Shown: in pieces, positions 35,654 through 47,893 of the stretch | How the letters are laid out: each line of letters begins with the position of its first letter | Position numbering within the stretch: position 1 is the stretch's first letter | Source of the DNA: Basidiobolus meristosporus CBS 931.73 | Lineage: Eukaryota; Fungi; Basidiobolomycota | DNA length: 64,000 nucleotides | Reading direction: 5' to 3' | Assembly (NCBI GenBank): GCA_002104905.1 | Contig: MCFE01000454.1 | Coordinates: forward strand, 1 to 64,000 | Notes under the pieces: model-generated | The model's input: the letters and a program-made list of their open reading frames with translations, nothing else | What the model was told of the DNA's origin: nothing | Database searches by the model: none | Translations under genes and position numbers: made by a program

Positions 35654-35818
35654 TTAGTGTTTTCCCTCCTGGTGATGCGAAGGGTACAGACGGAGATGCT
35701 TGTCGGTAGCAACTTTTTTACCCATGCTGTAGACTGCGAATCCCAAGGCTCCGCTCAAGACTGCGATCAGAGGAGTAACTTCGACTGGGACTTTTCTCAA
35801 GGCACTTCCGAAGGACAT
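35654..35818 (-). CDS. 54-aa single-TM microprotein, B12D/NDUFA4 (MLRQ)-like, paralog 1
   Basis: MSFGSALRKVPVEVTPLIAVLSGALGFAVYSMGKKVATDKHLRLYPSHHQEGKH*. TATAAAA ~70 bp upstream. A conserved paralog lies 0.75 kb away. Confidence 0.8.
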   Translation of the reverse strand: MSFGSALRKVPVEVTPLIAVLSGALGFAVYSMGKKVATDKHLRLYPSHHQEGKH

Positions 35819-36395
35819 GTTGGTATGGGAATGGATTAGATTAAATGGCTAGATTGGTTTATCCTAAATGGAAAATCACTGGTCTGCTTTTATAAGTCGG
35901 TCTGGTAATCACGACCAGATCCAGAACACCACCCATAATCCCACACAACTATTGCCATACATACATCCTGAGAAAGCGCAGCCTAGAACTGACGGTCCCT
36001 AAATAGTTTCCTGCTTGTCGAGTGGTAATAGTACACAAGAGCCATCAGGCTAAACTCTTCCACCACTTTATCATGCTTAAACACCGAGAGCAGTCTGGAT
36101 TCCTCGAGATGTCCCCAGATCCTTTACTCCAAACCCCGCATCCATATGACGTTCTACTCAAATGTTTGTGCTACTTAGACTCACAGCGGGACAGAACTCG
36201 TTACTCAAGTCAACTTCTATTATATTGTGGAGTCGCTTTTATCCGAACATTTGTCAGAAATCATCCCAGTTGAAGAATTGAGGTTGACATTGAAATTTAT
36301 TTAACGGTCACATGTATAACAACCGATTGTTTGTTTGAATGTATGTGATGGAGAGGCGACTAGTAGTATGGTACAGGGTTTACTTCGACGAAGCC

Positions 36396-36563
36396 TTAAT
36401 GGTTTCTGGTTCCAGACATGTGGGAAGGATAAAGACGAAGGTCTCTGTCGGTAGCGATCTTCTTACCCATGCTGTAGAAAGCGAAAGTGACGGCACCACT
36501 CAAGACAACGATCAATGGGGTGACTTCGACGGGGACTTTTCTCAAGGCGCTTCCGAGGGACAT
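36396..36563 (-). CDS. 55-aa single-TM microprotein, B12D/NDUFA4 (MLRQ)-like, paralog 2
   Basis: MSLGSALRKVPVEVTPLIVVLSGAVTFAFYSMGKKIATDRDLRLYPSHMSGTRNH*. TATATAAA ~60 bp upstream. Many differences from paralog 1 are synonymous. Confidence 0.8.
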   Translation of the reverse strand: MSLGSALRKVPVEVTPLIVVLSGAVTFAFYSMGKKIATDRDLRLYPSHMSGTRNH

Positions 36564-37748
36564 TTTGTAAGTAGATTGATAGACAACTGAATATACTCTT
36601 TTCCGAGGGGAATCCTGGTGTTTATATAGTCATGTCGATGGAATATCGAGAGACCGGCAAAGTCTATATTTGGGCAGAGAACAAACAGTCTTCCCATTCC
36701 ATTCCCCCACATCCACACCATACTTTCGAAATTGCCCAAAATCTAGAACTGTCGTTTCCTTTTGATAGGATATTAATGTGCCTAGATAATTCTAGCCACA
36801 GCCTCGTTCTAGAGATTGCCCCATTTTTGATCGACCTCATACCGATCAATGGAGCATTAATCTTTGCGGATGGTTAATTGAAAATCATCAGATCATTAAA
36901 GCGCCACTAACTTGGACTTTGCGAGTATCAATAAATCTATAGTGTGTTATCATATTGATTATGGGTTAATGTTCCCGTAAATCTGCCGCATGCAGTAATT
37001 CTGGTCCTAAATTGTTAATAGCACAAATTGACCAACATGGATTGCGTTACTTACCGCGTTATTTAATACCAAACTAGTTATAATCCTGTTACTTTCATTT
37101 CGTTTCATCATAATCATATTGCAATCCTTTCGGTTAAGGCTATGGCTATGGCTGTGGCTATGTGCTACTATTTATCCTGAATTTCTAGCAGCTTATCACT
37201 TGGTTATCTCTGAACTTCAGTTTATAGTTATTTAACCCGTGTGCTACATCAAAGTCGAATGTAAGGGCATTAGAGGTTCGCACCTTAAGGATACCCAGCA
37301 CTTTGATTAGGGTGATACCATCGCCTAAAGTGTTACTGCCGTCACCGCTAAAATAGTGAGAAGGGGGGGGTGATGGATATCAAGGTAGAACGAGTGCGGT
37401 AGAACCAAACTCGTTTCAGCAATAAATAGAAATACATGATGGTTTACATGTAATTTTACTATATGTGTCTTGGTGACTATGGCCTCATCCCAATCTATCG
37501 AATTTCTCCGGGTAAATTGGCTTCGACTATTTTACTAGCAACTGCCTTGGCCCTTAAGCGTGTAGTGTAACTCAGGTGTTACTTCTACAGAGCTGACTTC
37601 ATCACGAACCGGTGTTACGATCAGATACATGGGTGAATTATAAATAATGTGCTCCTTCGCCTAGCCACACAGTCCACTTTTTCACCATTAATATTTGGCA
37701 TTACTCTTCCATTCGCCTTCTGTAGATTGATTAGCAATACCTGGCGTT

Positions 37749-38627
37749 ATGATACCAAGCGGCATTGTCCAAGGCGCATTAAACACGAATTATCAAGAAC
37801 CTCTGAAGAGCAATGGCTATTTCCCACAATGCTACATTGCTTCTTCCCAATCGAAGTTTCCTCAGAGCTACCCAGCCTCGTCAATTCATGGAAATGACGT
37901 TACACCCAAGACAAACAGGTCTCTCTCAATCGCTCTTTTAGCTCCCTACGACAAGAGATACATTTCGCAAACGACCCCCAACAGCCTGAAGGACCGAAGG
38001 GATTCGTTTTCTGAAGTTCAATGTCAGTGTCATTCATGCACAAAGCCAGCTGATGGGTATTATGGAGTAAACACAAGCCCCCCTTCAGTAACACAGTACT
38101 TGGGTAACAGCTCCATGAAAGTGAGCAATATCCACAAGCTCTTGAACCATGAAGCCTCGCCATTGCCCAGCAGTAGGAATGTTGGATCAGGGCTGTGCCC
38201 AACCACGCCATACCTTCCAAGCACACCATACCTTCCGAGCACACCACAATATGCAACGAAATCCTACTATCACCCATATTTAGGAAGCCCACGAGATACG
38301 TACCACCCTCGCGCCATTGCCTACATTTCAAGTCTCACACCGGAGAGCCACTTCCATCACGTTGACTCTTCATATACGCATTTTCATAGAAACCAGTACT
38401 TCAACAGCAAAAGTCACATCTGCCAGTATCCTAGTTGTCACATGCGATTCAAACGCTTAGAGCACCTCAAACGCCACTTCCGGGTTCACACATTAGAGCG
38501 TCCGTACATATGTACCCACGAGGGTTGTAACAAGGCATTTTCTCGGAGAGACAATCTTGGCCAGCATCTGAAGACTCATGAGCGCCGAGCGCTGAAACAA
38601 GAGCATCAGTTGAAATCCGCCAAGTGA
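37749..38627 (+). CDS. C2H2 zinc-finger transcription factor (two C-terminal fingers), 292 aa
   Basis: [55 protein letters not shown]; Ser/Pro/Tyr-rich N-terminus. Confidence 0.9.
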   Translation: MIPSGIVQGALNTNYQEPLKSNGYFPQCYIASSQSKFPQSYPASSIHGNDVTPKTNRSLSIALLAPYDKRYISQTTPNSLKDRRDSFSEVQCQCHSCTKPADGYYGVNTSPPSVTQYLGNSSMKVSNIHKLLNHEASPLPSSRNVGSGLCPTTPYLPSTPYLPSTPQYATKSYYHPYLGSPRDTYHPRAIAYISSLTPESHFHHVDSSYTHFHRNQYFNSKSHICQYPSCHMRFKRLEHLKRHFRVHTLERPYICTHEGCNKAFSRRDNLGQHLKTHERRALKQEHQLKSAK

Positions 38628-39561
38628 TTGCTCTGTTGCCAGGAATCGTCTATATATTACATAATGCTTAATTAAAATCTTCGGTTTGTCCAGCCACACA
38701 TGGCATGCATAACTACAAGAATTGTCAGCTAGTCACAAAATGATAAGGCTCGTCCTATGTGCTCATGCAATTGGCGATATCGCTGTGCTACGGCCATCTC
38801 GGGTGTTACGACAATGATTCCGTTAAGGACTTGAACGTGGTTGCTGTGGATACCAATCAGATGGCTTCAATTTAGCCATTGCGGGATAGGCAGTTGGCTG
38901 GCTTGTTGATTGGATTTCTGCCCTACTGATGGCGGGCATGTGAATGGTCATCAAGGAATACACGCCATCATTGGGATTCTATGCGCCCAGAGGTTGGCGA
39001 AGAAAAGATGCGCTTCAGAATGGCTGTGTACTGTTCATGATGCAGATCTAGAGGGAGGTGGTTTGTGGAACGCCCGCGGAGATTGAAATCCTAAGGGAAA
39101 TGGAAATGCACCGTGGGGATTGCCAACATATGACCCAGGATGCAAATGCGGAGTGGTTCTCAGGCATCGTGGAGCACATTCTTCACAACAGGTTTTATTC
39201 AAGATTAATGCCTGAGAGTAGTGCCAAAACTGGGAGCATTTAGCCAAATGGCGGAGGAATATCCGGTAAAGGCTTGGGCCCCTTGTGCGCTGAAAAGTTG
39301 CTGGGACCTAGTCTGCACAATTAACGCAATGTGATACGACCATATGGTGGATCGAGGTTCAACAATATCGCTTCAAGTGTACTCTATGGACATGGGTCAG
39401 TAGTATTCCTTAAATGTGCTCTATGGACATGGGTCAATAGCATTGTTTAGTTAGTACGGTTTGCGTGGGATGGGGTTGGATGGTGGTTTTCGATCTCACT
39501 AATACATAGGGAATTCAAAAGAACTGATTAAAATGTACAATAATTGTTGTGTGAATGGATG

Positions 39562-42500
39562 CTATTGATAAATATTGGAGTGGGTCTCTGCCTCAAGTCT
39601 TTTATGGTGATAGCCACAGAGCCAACGGGTGATTCCGCCACGGAGCTTGGTGTAATGGAGCCCTGCCAATGGGCGCGACTCGACATGGTCCGGGAGGTAG
39701 TCTTCAAAGAAACCAAGTGAGTGACCGATGCTTAGGTGGTGAGTTCCAAGTGACAAAACATTACCTTCAAGCTGAATGAGGCCCACGTCGCGAGCGTGCG
39801 GGCTGATTCTCATCGCCTCTTCTAGCCAACGGATTTGACTGTCCTCGTCATCCCTGGCCCATGAATCCTGCATCTTCTCAGAGTCCTGTTCAGCCACGAA
39901 GGCTTCAAGGATCCTGGCGATTTGTGCAAAGTATTCTCCGGTGGAGGAGGAGCTTCCTTGAAGATACTCCAGAGGAATTGTTGGCGTGTGGCACGGAAGC
40001 GAGTTGATAGAGCAATAGCGAGATACGGCGGCAACCAATGGTCCAGCTACAAAACGCAATAGCACCCGTAAGTGGAAGGGTGGCGGGGGAATGTCAGCCG
40101 TGAGGGACTCACCATTTTTCAAAAATTTATGAGGATTTCCGATTGGGAATCCGGGATGGGATGTGATATGCGTGTTGCTGTGTTCACAGAGAATGTACAA
40201 AACAAAGGTGTCCTGGTTCCATTGGCTAGTGGGAATCATGTTAGTCTGACTGGACTGGGAAAACAATACACAGATGCAGCCTACTTGGGGGATTTCCACG
40301 ATTCTCCTGCTTTGTCCCCGGGCTAGAAAGCAATGGGCTTAGAAAGGAGCCTAACAAAGGGATAGCGAACAGAACCAAACCATGACAACAAATAAACGCG
40401 GTATTTTGATGGACGACTCCGAGAGTAGCATCGCCTTCAATGAATCGAGATCGCTTTTTACAGTTGGTGAGTGGTTGTGTGCGGCGGCAAAGACATCGAG
40501 GTTGTGCTCTTGAGAATTACTGGTGGTAGACTGTGAGCTTCTATGGGGAGTGGGCTGAACTAACTGAGGAGCTAGAAGGGCCTCCTCATGGGCAACAGGG
40601 TCCAGATTGTTAACGACATGTAATCCCCTTCCGCTTTGGTTAAGATACTCGTCGTCACAGGTAAGTCGAGCAATCCTATCCAGTGGACTAAGCGTTTCAC
40701 TGATGTGTTTGTCATTAATCTCCCCATTCTGTACGCTGCTGCGTCCCTGCAAGCTGGAGCTATACACATCTGGGGTAGCCGACAGTTGATACTCACTTTC
40801 GTGGCCTGTTGAAGCATTGCTTGTCCCAAAAGATGGCAGAACGGGGCTGCTATCACTTCTGGTTGGGGAATCACTATAGAGGGAAAGCAACGAGCTCTCT
40901 TTGCCAAGTGGGCTAGCTTCATACGAGCCGTTGGCCCATAGATAAGAGCCAGAGTAACCAAGCCCGTGAAGGCTACTTGGTCGTTGACTGGCATCCCCCA
41001 TCAGATAGGAGTCATTAGGGCTGAAATCAGCAGGGAGGCCTACGCTTGAATTTGGAAGATAGGAAAACGAGTCACCCCGAGCGCTGTCAAAATCCGGATC
41101 AGCCTTTCTTTCGGCCTCATGGTCAATCCGGACGTTCCTCTGCTTCTTTCTTTTCCAATTTCTGACCCCTATGCCCGTAATCACCCCCATGGCCAATATT
41201 CCAAAGAATGAGCTAAGGATGGCAACAATAATCACCACTTTGCTGTTGGACCCAGAGTTGTTGGAATCCCCGGACGAGTCACCGGGTTGTGTTGGGTTGG
41301 TGGGGCCCGGTTTGGAGTCAGGATGAGCACTATACTTTGTCCAGTTCCAGCTCACAAGGTCAAGACCATAAAGATTATTGTCGCTCTCAGCTCCGATGCC
41401 GCCGTAAATATATAGTTGGTTATTGTCCAAAGCAGCAGTATGGCCTGGAACATCGTTAAACATTACATATCGCTGGATTCTTACGAGCTCGACTTACCCA
41501 TTCTGGCAGTTGGTGCGTTTGATTTGTTCTTGATTGGGGCTCTACTCCAAGTGTAGGTGTTGCCTACGAGTTCCAACACCCATATGTCGTTATCAGTGGG
41601 CGAGTTGATATTCGTTTGGGCAGTTCCCCCAGTGCCGCCTTGATGATCAAAGTCCGTGTTAAAAAACATTGCTTAGGGAGGAAAAACGGTCCTGTCCAAA
41701 TTACCAAACACAATCATCTTGTCTGTCAGGCAGCTTGCAGAATGGCCGATTCTAGAGAGAGCGCATAGAGTTTAAGCCAAGATCATCTGTTGATTCAAGA
41801 TAAGCTGAAAGAACCTTGCGCCAGGCATCGCAGACCCGCCATTGTCCCCTACGTATGGGACATTCAACCTCCATCCTTTCGTACTAAGATTGTAGATGTG
41901 GAGTGCGCTAGTCGCCTGGCTTTGTATACTTCCCCCAAAGTACAGGATACTATTCTGAGAAGCAAAATAGCATGCGGCATGAAAGTAGACGGAGATTCCG
42001 TTTGAGGCAGAGTACCAAATCTGTTGTGCGGTATCCTACAACGTTGTAGACATCGGGTGTTACTTGGTGGAAATTTGATTTTTCCAAGGAGGCTTTCACC
42101 AGACTTACAAAATTGCTAAGGTCACTTTGAATACTGCCCCCATTGAAAGCACCAGTAGCATCCGCAAAAATCCCACCAAACAGGTAGGCTTCCTCGTTTG
42201 CGATGGTAAAAGTGGAAGCCAAACGTGCTGCCGGTGGTGCGCCCGCTACCATCAAGAAGAAATCAGTGAATATTGGAAACTAGCAACTGCCATTGGGATA
42301 GCCTACCGTTGGTGGCGTACGACCAGCCCCAGGAGTAAGTGTCAAGAACAGCTATTTGACTTTCGCCAGACCCAGGAAAGGGGAGATAGGTGAAAATCTT
42401 GTCTGAAGTGACTGGACTAATGGAGGTGACAAATTTTTGGGGGTTTTTCGGGATCCCACTCTGCGTAGGCTGTGACCACGTTTGCGTTTTGATATCCCAC

Positions 42501-42703
42501 ACATAAAGGTCCGTAGTTCCAGGGAGTTCTACTGGATTCTTTGCAGTGGTGGTGGAGTTAATGCCGCCGAAGATGATTAGTTTACCGTTTGCCACTGACG
42601 ACGAATGAAAGGCTTTCCAAGCTGGCACAAACGGCTTTTCTGGCGCACAGCTGGTTAGGGTAGGTAAAGCCAGTAAAAACCAGGCCACCCAGGGAAGTAG
42701 CAT
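39562..42703 (-). CDS. Multi-exon type-I membrane protein: signal peptide, Kelch repeats, one TM helix, Ser-rich linker, C-terminal domain resembling the tail of ROCO/COR proteins
   Basis: MLLPWVAWFLLALPTLTSC signal; Kelch motifs KLIIFGG, AYLFGG, GHSAS, GHTAALDNNQLYIYGG; TM VVIIVAILSSFFGILAMGVITGIGV followed by RNWKRKK; tail IPRLFVV..DTFVLYILCEH..HPGFPIGNPHKF..GITRWLCGYH. Some splice junctions in the 3' part are unresolved. Confidence 0.75.
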
Positions 42704-43296
42704 ACTAGATCTATTGGAAAGAGGGGAGCAAAACTGAAGTCTATGTATCCTTACAAAAATAACGAAAGTTTGTTAATAGAAAGAGCAATGCACTGCAAAA
42801 AGAATAAGTAATAAACCAGCCATCTCAGAGTATATATGAGATACCATTGTACGATGCTTAATTATATTAAGCTTCACTTAATTTCCTATTAAAATACGCT
42901 AGAATACGCAGTGCCATACATTCCCACTTAATAGCCTTGATTAGCTGGGTTGTTGGGTAAACCTCCAAAATTAGATCAGCAATTTGATTCACTCACAAAC
43001 GCCCACCATCCTGCGCCGACAGGTAGATGGATCATTGACCACTGAAGATAAATATGTTGGAATCTAATTTATTTTACAAAAAGACCGATGAAATGCATTC
43101 GTCCACCTTCCCGAACAAATCACCGCTGATTGGAGGACTATTTTTAACCAACCATCGGTGTTTCTCAATCATAGACTCCGGATCCCAGTTCAGTTAAATC
43201 TCGCTCGAGCTCACGATGCATGGCACGAATCAGCGGAGATTAAGTGCGCTGAGGACGGTGGTCAAATGCAGAGATGAAGGGTTTCTAAGAACATCT

Positions 43297-44934
43297 CTAA
43301 GAATAGATCCTTGACTTATACCTTCTGCTTTGCCACCAGACAAATATGCGATGACGCATGAAGTAGGCCGTGATGGCACATACGACCACGATAATCGCAA
43401 AGATTGTGAGGCCGACAATAAGCCCAGTCTTGGATTTTTTCGGCCGGACCGGACGCGGGGTGAACGGCAAAGAGACGTATGGTGGATCGCTTGTGGCGAA
43501 CATCACCTGTCTTGCCATGAGGGCCTGGAAAGGTGCGTTATAATCCAGTGCCACTTCAGACTGTTTCCAGTCGGTACGTTCGTCATAGAACTGATCATCT
43601 TTGTTTGGGCCGCCAACCATCGCCCCATACAAGACGTGTTGGTTTTGAGGTGGGTTGTTGAGGTTTCCAACGTCTGTACCACCATGGGCTCCAGCGTGGT
43701 GTGGATTCTGGGGGGAGTTTACGTGGACTCCAGCCACATACGGCGTGTTTTGGGGGTTCTTTCCCAGTAGATAATCGATTTGCGATTGAACAAAGCTTTC
43801 GTACTTGGCTTTCTTGGCTTGGCTAGCGTCAGTATTAGATTTTGACAGTACCGTGCGGCTGTAAATGCTGGCCAAAAAGGAGCATGTGTTGGCCGGAACC
43901 GTGGACGCCATGTCACTGGTCCCCGAGAACCAAATGAGGCCAGCTTTTGTGAAGGATCCATCCTTGCTCCCGCTCACCACACCGTCCAACCATGCCTCGG
44001 CTTCATTTTTGAATCGTTGCGCGTTGTTGTCGGCAAATACCTCAGATGCCAAGACATAAATGCCGGGGGTTTTGTCATTCCAATCCATGGGATTAGTCTT
44101 GCCACCAAGCTTATACTGGTCGAAATAATTTACGGCAATGTCAAGGTAGGAAGTCTCGTTTGTTGCGCGGGATAGCCAGAGAGCACCCCAGACTAACTCG
44201 TCACCATAGCCGCTCGACGCGTAAAATTCCTTTGCGTCAGAGACGGATTTTTGGTATTCGGTTTTTCGTGCGGTATTTGCAAAGTTGAAAAGATCACGGG
44301 CATGTTTTACTAGCTTGTCGGCATAGTCGGCATCACCGAAGTAATTCCGAAACACCAGAGAGGTAGCGGCCAGGGAGGCTGCGGTTTCACTAGCTATATC
44401 GGTGCCCGGATGGTCAAAATCGATTTTGTATGCTGGCCGGGGAGTCGGGATTCCGGTATCGGGGCCCCAGTAGTTATTGTCGACATTTCCTTTACCCACT
44501 TGAACATAGAGTGTATTGGCATCGGGATGTGCCTTCATGATCCAATCTGTGCCCCATTTGAGCATATCTCTGAGATAGGTATCTTGAGAGGCAAGCTTAT
44601 AGCCCTGCCAATATTCAAGTGCTCCCCAGGAAGTGATGGTCAAGCTGTAGGCTAGCGGCAGTAGAAACTTCAGGTAATCGCCGGCATCGTAATAACCGCC
44701 AGTTAAGTCAACCCCTACGTCCTTCCCATCGTCCATGCCCGAATCATGGCGCCATGATATGCGTGATTGGTACCCATTTTGATCCAGCTTTCCACTTCTT
44801 TGCGCTTCATAAAACCAAAGAGAGTTATTTAGGATCGCCACGTAGTTCGGGTTGGCAACTGGAACAACGTCTTGGCTCGCAACGAAGCTGGGTGAGGCCA
44901 GTAGTGCTAGAGAGACAACGCCAGCGAAAATCAT
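43297..44934 (-). CDS. Glycoside hydrolase family 9 endoglucanase with signal peptide and C-terminal TM anchor, ~545 aa, intronless
   Basis: FYEAQRSGKL, DLTGGYYDAGD, HPDANTLYVQVG, PHH, GAMVGGP..D..YDERTDWKQSEVALDYNA; TM LIVGLTIFAIIVVVCAITAYFM. First ATG at 44934. Confidence 0.95.
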   Translation of the reverse strand: MIFAGVVSLALLASPSFVASQDVVPVANPNYVAILNNSLWFYEAQRSGKLDQNGYQSRISWRHDSGMDDGKDVGVDLTGGYYDAGDYLKFLLPLAYSLTITSWGALEYWQGYKLASQDTYLRDMLKWGTDWIMKAHPDANTLYVQVGKGNVDNNYWGPDTGIPTPRPAYKIDFDHPGTDIASETAASLAATSLVFRNYFGDADYADKLVKHARDLFNFANTARKTEYQKSVSDAKEFYASSGYGDELVWGALWLSRATNETSYLDIAVNYFDQYKLGGKTNPMDWNDKTPGIYVLASEVFADNNAQRFKNEAEAWLDGVVSGSKDGSFTKAGLIWFSGTSDMASTVPANTCSFLASIYSRTVLSKSNTDASQAKKAKYESFVQSQIDYLLGKNPQNTPYVAGVHVNSPQNPHHAGAHGGTDVGNLNNPPQNQHVLYGAMVGGPNKDDQFYDERTDWKQSEVALDYNAPFQALMARQVMFATSDPPYVSLPFTPRPVRPKKSKTGLIVGLTIFAIIVVVCAITAYFMRHRIFVWWQSRRYKSRIYS

Positions 44935-46239
44935 GGTGTATTCGCTGAATGGTTTGATTCTACTTGATAGAGAAGGCAACACTTCAAGTAAATTGATGTA
45001 CTAATGAAGGACGAAAGCAATGAAGATGCCACGGTCCACCTTTCTATTTATGTATTTTACAAATCTCATGGCGGTCGATTCACCTCACTATCGATATTGC
45101 CAATTGAATGGGTTAATTACTTTATGATACAGTTATATTCAAATCTAGAAACCATGCCAATATAGGGAGGGGACTTGGAATGGCTATTGTGCCTAATCAA
45201 GAAAGAAAATAGTTCCAAGAGGTAGCTTCGTCAACGAACCTATCGCCCAATCATCTGCTTTGTGAACCATAAGTGCAACCTGTCGCCCAGTAAATGTATG
45301 AATAAAGTGGAGTGTTTGTAGGCCATAGAAAACGCAGCCATAGAAAATGTAACATTGGTGATCACAATCCTTAGCAAAGCACGCTTGTTGATCGAATTCT
45401 GATTTCATTTCACAGCACCAATAGATGTATGCACAGCAAATATCTACGCTCTCTTGGCGTTCCGATTCAAGTATGGCAATCACAAATCCCACTGTTATTT
45501 GCAGCGATGATTTATGCAGAATGCATAAAAGGTGCATAAAAAATGCCCTCCACCCAGCGAATGAATCTTGATAATCTAGTATGGGCTTTACTTATCCAAG
45601 ATAGAGCAAAGGGCTGTCTAAGTGGGATTTATTGGTTAGCGTTTGGATTCCGAAATTCCAGACTCGGACTTAAATGTTCAGAGTGATTTAAGCCATCCTG
45701 ATCGCCCCCTAGGCGGTTACCAAGTAAACCTTTTCTTGAAAGCCTGTCATACCAAGTCGTAGTTGGGATGGTCATGGTGTTGCGTATTGATCTTGGCACC
45801 TGAAAACACTGGCAACGAGGAAGCATAACGCTAATACTTCAGTTGTTGTATCAGACTGGCAAGTTGTCTAAAGACTGGTCTATATTTCTGTGAGTTCTTA
45901 AGGAAATTATTATAGAACCTTCACTGACCCGCTAGTTCCAAATCAAGCAATCAGGTGAGCAATTCGGAAGTATTTCAAGTGGCACAAGAGTCCAATGGTT
46001 CAGGTGAGCGGGTCCTATAAATTGGCATTTACTCCCGATCTTCGTAATAACTGTTTCCACTCCTCTTAGTCTTCAGTTGGTTTGCTACAAATACTGAGTG
46101 TATTTCGGCTGAGTCTATTAGTCTATCTCTTACATATTCCTGTCCACAGCTTCTCGGTTGTGTTTACGTTCTTGGAAAAAAGCCATCATATATATTCAGT
46201 GTGATCAGAGGCCAAACGACTGTGTACCATATCAAAAAG

Positions 46240-47031
46240 ATGAAAGTTGTTGCTGATCTTCCCTACTCCAATCCTAGCCCAGTTACTGCTAATCGTAGAA
46301 GCAAACGCAAGGGAGTTCCAGTAAAGTCACCAAGCCATTTGGATTTAGATACTGCACCAGGGATAATATTCAAATTTCCCATCTACTTTCCACCTTCTCC
46401 GCTTGATCTGAGCCCACCAAGCCCGGCCGAGTCTACCAGCTCCTCCTCCAGCTCCATCACGGAGGATGAGGCTACAGAAAAATCAGACGGAAGCATCATA
46501 CTGCACTATCCAGTACTTCTGTCACATGTTGCGAGAAAGCGAAGAGCAAGATCCTTGGATATCGATGTTCCCAAATCCTCCAGAACTCAAAATTTGGCAT
46601 CGCCAACACAGAAGCCACGGAGATCTAGTGAACATTGGCCACGGGATTCTTCAGCAAACTCCACCTCACTTCAAGGCATAGCTCATCATCAGAATGACCT
46701 CGTACATTCCCACGAATCGACATCACCTGGTCACTCCTCGCCCGATAATTCCGGGCTCGCATGCACCAAAAAATGTTGCGCTTCTTGCGGTGTAAAACAC
46801 ACCCCTTGCTGGCGTCCCGGGTGGTCTGAACATGTTCCACTTTGCAATTCATGTGGGCTAAGGTATTATCGATTTCAGTATGACTTGCTCCTCCCCCACT
46901 GATCTAATCGTTGATTTAGATATCGTAAGACCAAGATTTATTGTCGGGGCTGCCTATACATTCCTCTTAGGAGTGAAATTAATGCCAGCTCCAAATGTCC
47001 AAAATGCCTCGAGGACTTCCGCCAGACGTGA
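46240..47031 (+). CDS. GATA zinc-finger transcription factor, Ash1-like, one intron (~46863-46919)
   Basis: CASCGVKHTPCWRPGWSEHVPLCNSCGLR (C-x2-C-x18-C-x2-C), spliced to YRKTKIYCRGCLYIP..KCPKC. Confidence 0.85.
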
Positions 47032-47542
47032 GTCTGTTTAGTAGAGTTTCCTAAAATGTAGGGCTCGTTCACTACTAAAGTACCAACTTTGTATATAAAT
47101 GGATATTCTGGGGTGAGTCCACTACATCCGTAATGCAACATATGTTTCTCACTTGTGAATGCTCGCTGACTTGCATGAATCCATCATCAGGAATGGTCAC
47201 ACACAATCTATTATTATTGTCAATCACTGGTAAAATAAAAATACTCCAACCATGATTGCTGTTTTCTTCGGGGATGGTAGGTACGCTTAGTATTGTTCAT
47301 AGAAATTTTCAGCAAACACATGGTAATAGCGGATAAATCTCACTTGCCCTAGAAATCATTTATGGAATCACAAATGATTCATTGCCATATTAAGCCGCGG
47401 TTTCTCATTTGCTTGGTCTTGACGTAGCACCTGCAACTGATCATTGATGCCGATACCATTCCACCAATTGACCACTCTTTGATACAAGAAGCATTTATAA
47501 TAGATCAATCTTTTTATTCTGTTAATTTACAAATCGAGTCTA

Positions 47543-47893
47543 TTAGACGTTAACGATAACATCAACTCTATCCTTCAAGCAAACAATTGCCCGAATGTCC
47601 AGGCCGAGTGCCCGAACCTTAGCGTCAACAAGCGGACAGCCTTCATTGGGGCCTTGATGGGTAGTGGCGGTGTTAGGAGGCATCGAGTTGTTCTTACTGA
47701 GACAGACGACAGCGTTGATGTTTAGACCAAGAGCCTTTATCCGGACCTCAGCATCATCACAAGTGACAGGCGGGACATGGGGGGACTTCGCAGGTCCAGA
47801 TCCGACATCCACATTTACACCAACCGGAAAGGGTGAAGCCAGGGCAGAGATAACAGCATAGAGTATGGTGAATGAGCCCAAGATGAAGCGCAT
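47543..47893 (-). CDS. Small secreted protein (116 aa) with two C-x18-C repeats, paralog A
   Basis: Signal peptide MRFILGSFTILYAVISALA; repeats CDDAEVRIKALGLNINAVVCL and CPLVDAKVRALGLDIRAIVCL; TATAAATA ~55 bp upstream. Confidence 0.88.
   Translation of the reverse strand: MRFILGSFTILYAVISALASPFPVGVNVDVGSGPAKSPHVPPVTCDDAEVRIKALGLNINAVVCLSKNNSMPPNTATTHQGPNEGCPLVDAKVRALGLDIRAIVCLKDRVDVIVNV

Noticed and set aside
35623-35678. 28-bp direct repeat around the stop codon of B12D-like paralog 1
   Set aside because: Only two units; a simple local duplication with no evident function, and not an array.
35657-36590. Plus-strand ORFs 35657-35839 and 36339-36590, similar to each other
   Set aside because: The similarity comes from the real minus-strand microgenes.
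39035-39247. Short ORFs between the C2H2 and Kelch genes
   Set aside because: No recognisable domain, start context or paralog.
43297-44934. GH9 as a bacterial horizontal transfer
   Set aside because: The signal-plus-C-terminal-TM layout and host-like composition fit eukaryotic GH9; nothing in the sequence supports HGT.
45193-45537. 114-aa Cys-rich ORF with a short hairpin (tttatgca-gaa-tgcataaa)
   Set aside because: No signal peptide, no known Cys spacing, AT-rich codons; probably promoter DNA between GH9 and the GATA gene.
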